A DNA stretch of 64,000 bases from Octopus bimaculoides (taxonomy: Eukaryota), in contig NC_068987.1 of the NCBI RefSeq assembly GCF_001194135.2, positions 85,579,758 through 85,643,757 on the forward strand, in the 5' to 3' direction. Below are positions 1-12,410 of this stretch, piece by piece (the stretch's first letter is position 1; each line of letters begins with the position of its first letter). The notes under the pieces were generated by a model. It was not told where the DNA came from. It saw only the letters and a list, made by a program, of their open reading frames with translations, and did not search any database. A program made the translations under genes and the position numbers.

Positions 1-309
1 GGCACTCAATTATTATGACATGTGAAATACGATGCGTTGTAGGTTTTAATATTAAAAACAAAATCCGTAGCTTATGTAAGATATTATACATTGACAGCGG
101 ACTGTTTTTTCATGGAAGGCAGGTAATGAATACAGTTCAGATAGTTCGACGTAACACAGGACCTCGTGTACATATACAAACACACGCATGCACACATCCA
201 TACACATATGCATGCACGAACACATTCATATATACATGCACATACGTGCATATATGTATGCAAATAAACAGCGGCACAATATGTATGTATGTATACAGAT
301 TTTTCGATA

Positions 310-356
<47 letters not shown>

Positions 357-530
357 GTATTTATGTATGTATATATATNNNNNNNNNNNNNNNNNNNNNN
401 NNNNNNNNNNNNNNNNNNNNNNNNNNNNNNNNNNNNNNNNNNNNNNNNNNNNNNNNNNNNNNNNNNNNNNNNNNNNNNNNNNNNNNNNNNNNNNNNNNNN
501 NNNNNNNNNATGTATACAGATTTTTCGATA

Positions 531-570
<40 letters not shown>

Positions 571-1035
571 CGCGTTGTGGTTAGGGTGACCAGCTCGCAA
601 CCATAATGCCGAGTGTTCCCTTCCTGCATCGGGTGAATCTCAGACCACTGGCTGCTGACAACCCATGTATACCACTTTAGCATTGACTGTTCCTAGACAC
701 TGGCTGCCCAAGAACAAAGAACATAGTTGCCAACTACGAATGCCTACACAGACCACAAAATGACACCACAACTTTATGCATCACCTATAGCACGCTTCAT
801 TGACCTCCATAAACGTAGTGTGCATATACAAACACATACACATATATATAAATCTATGTGCACACACATTTATACACACACACGCACACAAACATGCGCA
901 CACGCATAAACAAAACCGCACGCACACATACATGTACGTACGTATAGTTCTCTCTTCCCTTCCATTCCACACCACTTAACTTCAGTCTAATACCCGTTCC
1001 TCCACCCCAGAAATGGTGTTGCAACTACACCAGCA

Positions 1036-1224
1036 TACATTATTTACATTATTTACATTAGACGGATATTTGTCCTCATCTTGTTTGTTGTTAACACAAC
1101 GTTTCAGCTGATATACTCTCCACTCTTCTTCAGGTGTCTTGGGGAAATTCCGAACCTGGGTTCTCATTCCTAAGGTATTTTTTCAATGTTGTTATTATTA
1201 TTATTATTATTAACCACTACGCCA
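1036..1224 (-). mobile_element. SINE family E (tRNA head + (AAT)n linker + Penelope-like tail), internally deleted left copy of an inverted pair
   Basis: Reverse complement of 1232-1497. Contains aagacacCTGAAGA...GAAACgttgtgtt and a (TAAATAATG)n tail. Confidence 0.85.
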
Positions 1225-1231
1225 TGGCATA

Positions 1232-1497
1232 TGGCGTAGTGGTTAAGAGCGCGGGCTACTAACCACAAGATTTCGAGTTCGATTCCAAGCAGTCACCTGA
1301 ACACTAATAATAATAATAATAATTATAATCATAACATCGAAAAATACCTTAGGAATGAGAACCCAGGTTAGAAATTGCCACAAGACACCTGATGATGACT
1401 GGAGGGTATATCAGCCGAAACGTTGTGCTAACAACAAACAAGATGAGGACAAATATCCGTCAAATGTAAATAGTGTAAATAATGTAAATAATGTACA
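1232..1497 (+). mobile_element. SINE family E, near full-length copy
   Basis: A-box TGGCGTAGTGG, B-box GAGTTCGATTCC, (AAT)n linker, body catcgaaaaataccttaggaatgagaacccagg, tail (GTAAATAAT)n. Confidence 0.88.
1384..1429 (+). ncRNA. Minimal type-I hammerhead ribozyme-like motif (slightly degenerate) inside SINE E
   Basis: gacac-CTGATGA-t-gactg[gagggtatat]cagcc-GAAAC-GTT-gtgct: core CUGAUGA at 1389-1395, GAAAC at 1417-1421, palindromic ACGU stem III, and stem I gacac/gtg(t)t. Confidence 0.5.
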
Positions 1498-3073
1498 GAA
1501 TTGCTCATCTCTTAAATATAGAACTGTACACCCGCATACGTCTATCACACCCGAATACATAGATGCTAAAAGCATGCATAAGTATATATGTATACGTACA
1601 TGTATACACCAGAGACAAAACACGCACAGGCATGCAGTAATGGTCTTCCAAAGAAGAACGCACGCACGCACGCACGCACGCACTCATACGTTTAAACATA
1701 ATTACAAGAATGTACTTACTTTCGAACACACACCTATGCATTAATCCTAAACAAGTTCGCGTACGAGTATAATCCGACACTACCGGACACGTATTCGCAC
1801 GGACAAACACACATACACACTCATATAACCAATATCATACCCACATACACGCACTCATATATCTAGTATGCAAAGATATACACACTCCCACCGACTTGGC
1901 TTCTGTTCGCTTCCATATCCTTTCAAAGGCCCACTAGGGGCCAAGACGCCACCAGCTTTCTATTCAGCTACAAGAACACAACGCGCCGCCGGGAATCGAA
2001 ATCGGGACATTTTGATTGTGAACCGAATACCGTAATCACTGAGGTACGCGCCTACCCCGCCCCCACAGACCCCCTCCGCATATATAGTTATGANNNNNNN
2101 NNNNNNNNNNNNNNNNNNNNNNNNNNNNNNNNNNNNNNNNNNNNNNNNNNNNNNNNNNNNNNNNNNNNNNNNNNNNNNNNNNNNNNNNNNNNNNNNNNNN
2201 NNNNNNNNNNNNNNNNNNNNNNNNNNNNNNNNNNNNNNNNNNNNNNNNNNNNNNNNNNNNNNNNNNNNNNNNNNNNNNNNNNNNNNNNNNNNNNNNNNNN
2301 NNNNNNNNNNNNNNNNNNNNNNNNNNNNNNNNNNNNNNNNNNNNNNNNNNNNNNNNNNNNNNNNNNNNNNNNNNNNNNNNNNNNNNNNNNNNNNNNNNNN
2401 NNNNNNNNNNNNNNNNNNNNNNNNNNNNNNNNNNNNNNNNNNNNNNNNNNNNNNNNNNNNNNNNNNNNNNNNNNNNNNNNNNNNNNNNNNNNNNNNNNNN
2501 NNNNNNNNNNNNNNNNNNNNNNNNNNNNNNNNNNNNNNNNNNNNNNNNNNNNNNNNNNNNNNNNNNNNNNNNNNNNNNNNNNNNNNNNNNNNNNNNNNNN
2601 NNNNNNNNNNNNNNNNNNNNNNNNNNNNNNNNNNNNNNNNNNNNNNNNNNNNNNNNNNNNNNNNNNNNNNNNNNNNNNNNNNNNNNNNNNNNNNNNNNNN
2701 NNNNNNNNNNNNNNNNNNNNNNNNNNNNNNNNNNNNNNNNNNNNNNNNNNNNNNNNNNNNNNNNNNNNNNNNNNNNNNNNNNNNNNNNNNNNNNNNNNNN
2801 NNNNNNNNNNNNNNNNNNNNNNNNNNNNNNNNNNNNNNNNNNNNNNNNNNNNNNNNNNNNNNNNNNNNNNNNNNNNNNNNNNNNNNNNNNNNNNNNNNNN
2901 NNNNNNNNNNNNNNNNNNNNNNNNNNNNNNNNNNNNNNNNNNNNNNNNNNNNNNNNNNNNNNNNNNNNNNNNNNNNNNNNNNNNNNNNNNNNNNNNNNNN
3001 NNNNNNNNNTATATATATATATATATATATGATAGGTGCGTTCGCACGTATGTGTGGGACTGCCATATACATA

Positions 3074-3103
3074 TCTGCATCTATCTATCTATCTATCTAT
3101 CTC

Positions 3104-3154
<51 letters not shown>

Positions 3155-3175
3155 CTCTCTCTCTATATATATATA
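3074..3175. repeat. (TATC)n/(TC)n/(TA)n microsatellite
   Basis: Read directly from the sequence. Confidence 0.97.
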
Positions 3176-3774
3176 TAAGCATAGGAGTGTGTGGTAAGTT
3201 GCTTGTTTACCAACCACAAGTAAAAGCGTAAAAGATATATATATATATACAGATATGTGTGTGCGTGTGTATATATATATAATTTATATCACTATTTCTG
3301 TTTCAACTGGAATGAAACACACATGGACTTAGACATATATATCTTTAAGAAGTTACTATTATGTGTTAAGAGAAACATCCTACAACGCAAGTGATCGTCA
3401 ATAGAACTTTGGAAAATGATCTTTAATATGAAAAATGCTACAAATGTATTTAAAATATCCACAAGAAATGACTATTTTTCTGAATAAAACCTGAGATAAA
3501 ACTAACACTTATCTCTCTGAAACCGACGCAGTTTATATCTAACAATAAAATCCGACCAGTCTATCTCTAAGTCTCTTAACTAAATATAATCTGTGAATCT
3601 TCAACATAATATACGTATACTCATATTGTCAAAATGTTTTCAATTCTAAACAAACTTATTCTATGTATGTACTTTGTAGCAATTGATAGAGAAAATCTCG
3701 TTCGGGCTACTATTAACTTCAATATCTCTTTCGAGAAATACTGGATTCTGAAACAGCAGTTCAACCACTGAAAT

Positions 3775-3860
3775 GAGGATGTGATATACCTCAACTTTGC
3801 CAAGGCTTTCGACAAAGTTGTTCATGGAATGGTATGTCAAAATTGTATAAAAAATAGGCA
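3775..3860 (+). mobile_element. Short CR1/L2-type RT fragment
   Basis: DVIYLNFAKAFDKVVHG matches the 'D.IYLDFAKAFDKV.H' RT motif. Confidence 0.65.
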
Positions 3861-3887
3861 TGAATCCAGTGTTTTTAATATGATATT

Positions 3888-4229
3888 GTTTTCTACTCTA
3901 GGCACGATGCCCAAAACTTAATTTATCGACCCCGAAAAGATGAAAGTCAAAGTCAGCCTTTGTGGAATTTGAACTCTAAACGTAAAGACAGACGAAATAC
4001 CTATTTCGTTATTGCCCGCAAGGGGCTAAACATAGAGGGAACAAACAAGAACAGACGAACGGATTAAGTCGATTACATCGATCCCAGTGCGTAACTGGTA
4101 CTTAATTTATCGACCCCGGAAGGATGAAAGGCAAAGTCGACCTCGGCGGAATTTGAACTCAGAACGTAACGGCAGACGAAATAGCGCTAAGCATTTCGCC
4201 CGGCGTGCTAACGATTCTGCCAGCTTGCC
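3888..4229 (-). mobile_element. SINE family A, dimeric copy
   Basis: Head ggcaagctggcagaatcgttagcacgccgggcgaaatgcttagc, B-box GAGTTCAAATTCC, and conserved core ggtcgactttgcctttcatcc..ggggtcgataaattaagtaccag. A second partial monomer begins near 4001. Confidence 0.88.
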
Positions 4230-4431
4230 ATCATATTTTTTCTTTGATATGGTATTACTAAGAAAATATATAACATTGATGTTAAGTTAAACATGTCGAT
4301 TACAAACATAGGTATGACGTCACAGACTCTCAGGCAAGATGACGGGTGATCTCGTAATTATCAGAATTTGACTGTATTCTTGTCGAACTTGGAAACATAT
4401 CTTCGCTGTCTGATGTAGATTTCTATCGTGT

Positions 4432-4813
4432 ATTTCTTTCAGTCATAAGACTGTGGCCATGACGGAGCACCACCTTCAAGAATTTTAGTCGAACAAATCG
4501 GCTTTAGTACTTATTTTTCTTAGCCTGGTACTTACTATATCAGATTCTTTCGCCGAACCGTTAAGTTTACAAGGACATAAACACACCAACACCGGTTACC
4601 AAACAGTGGCAGGATGGTCAAACACGCACATATATTATAATAAATACATACATACATACATACATACATACACACATACAAATGACTTTTTTCTGTTTTC
4701 GTCTACTAAATCCACTCACAGGACTATAGTAGGAACAATTTTCGAAGGTGCCACGCAGTGAAACTGAACCCGGAAGAATGTGGTATCGAAACAAACTTCT
4801 TACCACACAGCCA
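4432..4813 (-). mobile_element. SINE family B/C (tRNA head, internal microsatellite, 3' module)
   Basis: Head tggctgtgtggtaagaagtttg..ttccgggttcagtttcactgcgtggcacc, internal (TATG)n, 3' module gacggagcaccacc..gaaccgttaag. Confidence 0.82.
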
Positions 4814-7207
4814 CGATTACGCCAATAAACTTTGACTGATCTTCGAACATTTTGTAAACGATAATCGATCGAATCGTTTAGTAATGTAATACCCGTGGTA
4901 GCAAAGGAATTACCAGTAACTCAACTGATTTCCTTAATTATGATTGAATTCATTTGTTGTGCGGTTCATCAATTTACATTAAGAGTTATTTTATCGGCAC
5001 GCCTGGTTTAAAGGCAAAATACACAGTGAGATTCGAATGCAATTGTAAACGGAAAAACTCGAAAGCAAATATTAAAAGCGAATGTTGAAATGTCTTAACG
5101 TCTCCCACCTCGCCACCACAGGGAATAATTGTGAACAGATTTCTTTTCTTCATAAATACTCCGATGCCATTGAATGACAAATTGAAATGTTTTGAAAACA
5201 TTATATTAGTTAAAGGTGATGAAGCGATGGAAGGAAATAAAGATAATGAAAACGTGATTCCAGCAAGTTGATTAACAATAATATTATGGAAAAATTTCAC
5301 CACGTTTGTTGTTAACAATCATCGCATGCTGTTCATTTTTATGCAACAATTTCCATGTTTTTAATTTGATTTGAAAAACATATTTCTGATGCCGCACGCA
5401 ATAGCAATAACATTTCTTAGTCTTCATAGAAGACAAACGTGGATATGAAGTAATACAAATGAAATGACAGCACGTTTTCTTTCTTCATTTTTCATAAACG
5501 CATACAGTTATGCTATATATTTTGGCTTAAAAAAACAATTGTGGTGAATAATTTATTTTGGAAAATCTCTTGGCGTAATCGTTAGAACATCAAACAAAAC
5601 AACTTCCAATATTTGCTTGGCTGCGGCGGCGATCTGGCAAAATCGTTATATCCCGGACGAAATACTTAACATCATTTGGTCCGTCCTTATGTTCTGAGTT
5701 CAAACTCTACCGGGATCAACTTTCGAAGGTGTCCATGTACTCGACTTACACACTTCTCTAATTTTACTGGCCTTGTGCCAAAATTTGAAACCACATTTGT
5801 CTGGCTCAAGGCGGCGAGCTGGCAGAATCGTTATATGCCGGACGAAATGCTTAAAGTCATTTGATCAATCTTCTACAGAATGATGAAAGCATCACGTAAT
5901 ATTCTCTATAAGCAGGCAACGAGCTGGCATTTCGCACGACAGGCGAAACTGTAAGCGGTATTTCGTCTGCCTTTTATGTTCTGAATTCAAATTCCACCGA
6001 GGTCGTCTTTGTCTTTTATATATATAAACGCAAACATATATATAGACGTAAACATAATACCATAATTAAAATTAGAAATTAAAGTTATGCTAATAGGCGT
6101 AAATATCCTGCTGTGATTGGGAAGGTCGTTGCTTTGCAATCTATTTCTTTTGGTTCAGTCCGACAGCATGGCACATTGGGCCAGATTCTATCATAGCGAT
6201 GGGTTAACCAATTGTTTGTTCGTGAATTTGATAAAGGGAAACTCTGCACAAGCCTGTCGTGTGTGTGTGTGTGTGTGTGTATGTATATATATATATGTGT
6301 GTGTGTGTATGTATGTATATATATATATGTGTGTGTGTGTGTATGTATGTGCGTGTATGTATGCACGAATGTGCCTATGTAGGCGTTTGCGTTTGTGTTT
6401 GTTTCCCTACCAGTTTAATAAAAGAGGCCGATAGATTAAGTACAAAACTTCAAAATATGTCCTAGGGTACAGTTGTTCGACTTAACCCACCAAGAGAGTG
6501 CTCCACAATGGCCGCAACCCATTGACTGAAACAGGCAAAAGATAAATGAAAATAATACAATACGAATGAGGACAAAACTAATGGAGAACATTTCTAAGTT
6601 TATTTTAAGCTGGATATCCCTGTGATAATACGTATTATTTCAAGTTTTGGCAATTTTGAGGGAAGGGCAAGTTAATGACATTGCCCTTCCCCCAGATACA
6701 CATCTAGGACTTGGCTGCTACTTATTTTGTAAGATAGAAAGGAAAAGTCGACTTCGGTAGAATTTGAACTCAGAACGCAAAGAACTGGAGGAAACGCTGT
6801 TAAGGATTTTATCCGATATCCGGACGACTCTTTTAGCTCACTTCCGCCTTCCTGCGATAATAAATATGAAAATAAAATGCATATGAAAGAAAAAAGTTGT
6901 CATTAGTATAATATAGTTTTACTCTCAGAAGAACGTCTGAAATTCTGAGTGAGGGGACTAGTGGTACCTATGTTATCGATCGCGACAAGACGAAGGGAAA
7001 TGTCGACCTCGATGGTATTTGAAATCAGAACGGAAATATAGGTGGATTGTCGCTAGGTATTGTGTCGAGCGTGTTAACGACTCTAGCAATCTTCTTTTGC
7101 TTTCCCAAAACAATAAAAGTGAAAACACAATACCTATGAAATAAAAACGTCATTTAGGGTGATAAGGGATGTTAAATTTGTTCTTGTTCGTGTGGTGGGT
7201 TAAACAA

Positions 7208-7400
7208 TTTAGCATTCAAACCGGCCAAATCCGGTCCAAATATTCTACGTGTCTTATGTTCAAACCGGCTTCTCTCACCTTCCCCACAATGTTATTCAAA
7301 AGACGAACGAACAAAAAGCTATGAAATGATACGTGATTAATACAAAATGATGGGAATAAAGAAGCATTACACCTGCAGTAATAGGAATGCTAAAGAGTTA
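7208..7400. mobile_element. Short MITE-like element
   Basis: Inverted ends tttagcatt...aatgctaaa; no coding capacity. Confidence 0.4.
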
Positions 7401-7899
7401 AAAGAACTCATCTTTCCATGTTATAAAGCATGCTCTAAAATTTTAGAGAATTTGGGCAATTAAATCCTGTCGGCCGGGAAAATAAACTGTGCAGGCCAAC
7501 GCGGAAGTCTTCGTATTGTCGCTCGACATGCTATAATAAGCAGGCAATTTTCTCATTAATCAAAATCCACCGATTTAAATGAGAAAGGACAGATAGTTGG
7601 AATATTGTAGTTCTAAATACCATAAAAAAAAAAAAAATCATTGAAAATATCATTACGAGATTTGTTTTTTTTCTGTTCATAGATTTATCGAATTTAGTTT
7701 GACCTGAGTCTAAACAAGAACAACTTGCCTTGTCAGAAACCTATCACTAAAATGATTGTTTAAATAACGCAGAGATAAAGAGAAAGAGAGACGGGGTGGA
7801 GGAGGAGACAGACAAATAGACAAAGGTAACTAGAAGTTGAATGAGGGATGCGATAGATCGGAGTTTGTTGAACATTAGCAAGATAATTTCCACGATAAA

Positions 7900-8400
7900 G
7901 CAAATTTAAAGAAAGAATGATCAAAAACAAACAGTTAATATCAGAAAGGTTAAGCAAATAACGCTTTTCATAAAGAATGGTTGTTCGAAAATGATTTATT
8001 AGAGACTATAAATTGAAAAATAATCCCACTTGCAGATCTATGATGATCGTAGCTAAGACGCGGAATAGAAATGTGTTGAATTATAGTTTTGAGAATACAG
8101 AGCAGAATATAAAAGAAAAAAGAAACGGAGGAAGTTTACACAAAGCAAAATGTAGTGAATTGTGTAATTTGTATTATGCAAAATCAAAGGTCAAGCTGGG
8201 TGGGGGTAAGCAATATTTCAGAAAAATAAATGGATTGGACGAGTTTTGAAGAGAAGCGGGAATTCAGAAATGTGTATTCCTCCATTTAAAAGATATCGGG
8301 AAATCAATCATATTAATAGACTAGGGAACGGAATATGTGATAACACAGAAATATAATGTATAGTTTAGAGAAATACGAGAGGTGGATATTAAGAGAAGTA
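7900..8400 (+). mobile_element. Possible very old RTE-like LINE 3' remnant
   Basis: NKWIGRVLKR (cf. W.WIGHVLR); otherwise heavily decayed. Confidence 0.25.
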
Positions 8401-8877
8401 AAAACACAACGAAAAACAAACGATTGCAGTGAGAAGACTGTTAATAGAAGATCCTACACAAATAAATATTTACAAACGTAGTTGAGTTAGGTGTATTGTA
8501 AAAATTCAAAGCCAACACTTGAAAAATAAATATAAAAATAACATGCGGTTTAAAATGAAAGGAGAAATATTAGATTACTGCGCGTCTTTGAGGCATAAAA
8601 TAGTGTATGTTCCGTTTACCATTGGGACGAATTGTACAGAAATTCGAAAAAGATTTAGTTTGAAAGAATAACCATCAATATGTTGAGATGTGCTGTAATA
8701 TATACAATGCTATACTAACATAACAGGATACAAATATGTGAAAAGAAACAGCAGTGAAGTGTAAAAGGAAATAGGAGAATAATATATGGTAGATCATGTT
8801 TGTGTATTGAGCTAGATTTAGAATAGCAAAAATAACATGGCAAATATGTAGAGAAAAGTAAAATAACAATAATAATC

Positions 8878-9085
8878 CTTTTTGCTTTCGGCACATGGCA
8901 TGACATTTGGTAGGAGTGGGGGGGGGGTCGATTAGATCGACTCCAGTACGCAACTGGTACTTAATATATCGACCCCGAAAAGAAGAAAAGCAAAGTCGAC
9001 TCCGGCGGCATTTGAACTAAGAACATAAAGACAGACGAAATACCGCTTGGCATTTCGCCCGGCGTGCTAACGATTCTGCCAGCTC
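8878..9085 (-). mobile_element. SINE family A monomer
   Basis: Same head, B-box and core as the other family A copies. Confidence 0.85.
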
Positions 9086-9564
9086 AAAATAACAATAATA
9101 ATAAAATGATAGTTTATTGCCTATTTGATTCAATTATTGAACTGTGGCTTTTCTGGAGCAACGATTTGAAGGGATTTAATCGACCTGATCGACCCTACTA
9201 CTTTTGGCTTCTAGGCCTGATACATATTATATCGATTTCTTAGGCCTAACCGATAAATTACAGTGGCGTCAACAAACCAACGCTAATAATCGTCAAGCGA
9301 TGGGGGTGGGTGGAGAAACACAGATTCAAAGGCAAACATACGCACAAACCCTCTCACACATACACACACGAACACATGCACATATATAAAACGGGCTTCC
9401 ACATAGTTTTCCTCTACTACAATCACACGAAAGGTAACGGTCGGAAAGGAGCTGTTATAGAAGACGTGTACCCAAGGTGCTGTGGCACAGTGTGACTGAT
9501 CCCAAAAGATTGTGCTTGCAAAGCAGCTTTGTTAACTCCACTGGATTATCATTATCGTTATTTT

Positions 9565-9745
9565 TGCTTCGGCGGCGAGCTGGTGGAATCATTAGCAAGC
9601 AGGGCAAAAAGCTTAACAGCGTTCCTTTCATCTTTATATTTTGAGTTCAAATTCCGACGAGACTGACTTTGCCTTTCAATATTTCAAGGTCGATAAAATA
9701 AGTACCAGTTCAATGCTGGGGATCGATGTATTTGACTCAATCCCT
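9565..9745 (+). mobile_element. SINE family A monomer, degenerate
   Basis: ggcggcgagctggtggaatcattagc..gagttcaaattccgacgagactgactttgcctttc..ggtcgataaaataagtaccag. Confidence 0.8.
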
Positions 9746-9837
9746 TCTCTCTACTTAATCCCTATCCTCAAAGTGACGCAGCGTTAAACATATACGAAGC
9801 CCAATATACCCAACCGTCTGATAAGCGCACACCTGAT

Positions 9838-10220
9838 TTTGTTTTGTTGGCACTCCGTCGCTTACGATAACTTGGGTTCCAGTTGATCCGATCAACGGAA
9901 CAGCTTGCTCGTGAAATTAACGTGCAAGTGGCTGAGCACTCCACAGATACGTGTACCCTTAACGTAGTTCTCGGGGATATTCAGTGTGACAGAGTGTGAC
10001 AAGGCTGGCCCTTTGAATTACAGGCACAAAAGAAACAGGAAGTAAGAGTGAGAGAAAGTTGTGGTGAAAGAGTACAGCAGGGTTCGCCACCATCCCCTGT
10101 GGAGCCTCGTGTAGCTTTAGGTGTTTTCGCTCAATAAACACTCACAACGCTCGGTCTGGGAATCGAAACCACGATCTTATGACTGTCAGTCCGCTGCCCT
10201 AACCACTGAGAGGCGCAATG
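9838..10220 (-). mobile_element. SINE family D, young copy with 11-bp TSD
   Basis: tRNA head (cagtggttagggcagcggac; B-box gtttcgattccc) and 3' module caaagggccagccttgtcacactctg..gttgatcggatcaactggaacc. TSD gcacacctgat at 9827-9837 and 10221-10231. Confidence 0.92.
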
Positions 10221-10619
10221 GCACACCTGATATATGCATTACAACCATGTGTGTACGAGATGGTGATCTTACGTGACGATAAACAACACATGACCTAGCA
10301 AGTGGGGCCCAGTTAGAATTTTCAACCCGCTCAAAAGGTCCCTTAATAAGGATTGTTTCCGGATGAAAATCAAAACATCTATATTTCCAAAGGGGAATTA
10401 TTCAGACCCCCAAACACTTCCTCTCAACACATTCGTATGATACTTCCCCACTATTCCTGCTAGTGATCCGAGTTGCACATATTATCAGATGCTAAGAGAC
10501 ATGCTCAATTGGTCATCTGCGGTATTGAGCATATTATTTCTTCTAGACCACCTTTTACACTAAGACAAAGCATATATATATTAACAATTCCAATCAGAAA
10601 AGAAAGTATGGGAGCCACT

Positions 10620-11600
10620 GCCTAGTGTTGCATCAGGGCAAGTATCTGTTTGTTAGTTCGCCCGTTAAACTTTAGTTCGTTAAAGAGGTGGATGTGGAAT
10701 GAGTGAGAGGTAAAGTAAAGATGAGAGAGAAACAGAGGGGGAGAAGTGTAAATAGAGAACAAGGAAATGTGGAAGAAGTGGACAAAGATGTATAATAAGA
10801 CCAAATGCGTCACGTGGTTAGTTGAAGGAGGAGGTGAAAAGCGAGAGAAAAAGACGGTGAAAGAAAAGAGGGGGAGAGACGTGTTAACGACGTACTGTAG
10901 GGTGGGGACGAAAGGTAAAAGAGAATGAGATATGTTTAGAATACAATATTTAGCAGAAGGTGATGTTCTGGCTGTGAGATTAAAGAAAGGTGGTGTGTTG
11001 ATAGTGTATTGATAGCATGATGATGGTGAACTAAATCTATAACATTATTCTTCTACCTGTTCGTTCACACGTTATGTTTTAGTTTCATAGAGGGGAGGAG
11101 GTGGAGTGAGAGATAGGAAAAGCAATGTGAGAGTGAGAGAGTAGATAGCCAGCAGATGCATTATGCTGACACATATGTGGTCAGTGGAAGTGAGAGATGA
11201 AGAGAAAGAGAGAAAGGTTAAAGACATGAAGAGAGGAATTAGATCGTTAAAAAGTTTGTTGAAGAGGTAGAGAGAAAGAAAGAAATATTAAGTGCTTCGC
11301 GATGGGAAATTTTATGGAAAATAACCATAGCGAGGGACATTCCACAGTTGAATTAGAACAGTCACAAACAGTGAAAGAAGACATGCACCCAGCACCAGAG
11401 CTGAAGACACCTCCGAAAGAGGGTGGCCCCGCCACGTCAAAACGGTAGAGGAGTAGGGGCCGAAACCGGACGTGGTTCCTCCTGATGATGTCTTGAGCTA
11501 ACTGGATCCTATAAAGGAGCTGTTGTGGTAGCAGACCACGAATTATGGTTGAAATTCCTCCTTGTGACTGGAAGTGAAATAAGTTGGCAAGATAAAAATA
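10620..11600 (-). mobile_element. Very decayed CR1/L2-group LINE remnant
   Basis: Strong purine skew on the plus strand. Residual LSLYLFNKLFNDL (cf. LSPTLFLL.INDL); other motifs are barely recognisable. Confidence 0.35.
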
Positions 11601-11700
11601 AAAATGTAAATCATCTTTTCTTTCTTAAATAGCTTCTCTTAATCTTTTTCGTTCTGTGGAATTTCCACCGGTTCCACTAGTTATCATTATTACTATTATT

Positions 11701-12155
11701 AAGGCGACCTGACAGAATCGTTAGCACGCTGGACGAAATGCTTAGCAGTATTTCGTCTGCCGCTACGTCCTGAGTTCAAATTCCGCTGAGGTCGACTCTA
11801 CCTTTCATTCTGTCGGTGTCGATAAATTAAGTACCAGTTGAGTACTGAGGTCTATGTGATCGACCATACTCTTCCCTCCCCCAAATTTCAGGCCTTGTGC
11901 CTATAATAGAAAGGATTATCAAGGCGGTGAGCTGGCAGAATCGTTAGCACGCCCGGCGAAATGCTTAGCAGTATTTCGTCTGCCGCTACGTCCTGAGTTC
12001 AAATTCCGCCGAGGTCGAATTCACCTTTCATACTTTAAGGGTCGCTTAAATAAGTACCAGTTATGCACTGGAGTCCAAGTAACCAATTTACCCCCCTCCC
12101 CGCAAATTTCAGGCCTTGTGCCTATAATAGAAAAGATTATTATTATTGTCATGAC

Positions 12156-12195
<40 letters not shown>

Positions 12196-12410
12196 GAAGG
12201 CGGTGAGCTGGCAGGATCGTTAGCACATCGGGCGAAATGCTTATCGTTATTTCGCCCGTCGCTACGTTCTGAGTTCAAATTCCGCCGAAGTCGACTTTGC
12301 CTTTCATGCTTCCTGGGTCGATAAATTAAGTACCAGTTGCGCACTGGGTTCGATCTAATCCACTGGCCGCTTCGCACCAAATTTCAGTCCTTGTGGCAAT
12401 AACAGAAATG
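11701..12410 (+). mobile_element. Three tandem SINE family A copies
   Basis: Units at about 11701-11920, 11921-12135 and 12197-12410, each ending aaatttcaggccttgtgcctataatagaaaggattat and separated by (ATT)n. Confidence 0.92.

Noticed and set aside
15-683. ORFs of 79-199 aa rich in YI/X
   Set aside because: They are translations of (TA)n and N runs. The sequence atgtatacagatttttcgatatctgtg occurs on both sides of the 379-509 gap, typical of an unmerged contig overlap rather than a real duplication.
1232-1300. tRNA gene-like sequence (also the heads of the other SINEs)
   Set aside because: A and B boxes are present but there is no acceptor-stem closure; these are SINE heads, not tRNA genes.
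1960-3178. Long 330-370 aa ORFs, and similar ones at 22.3-23.4, 35, 37.5, 39.7, 41.3 and 49.8-50.6 kb
   Set aside because: They are open only because they run through N-gaps.
4986-5318. 110-aa ORF in non-repetitive sequence
   Set aside because: No recognisable domain or splice context; within chance expectation.
11460-11495. GAAAC...CTGATGA as another hammerhead
   Set aside because: There is no room for stem I between the putative cleavage site and the core, and no convincing stem II.
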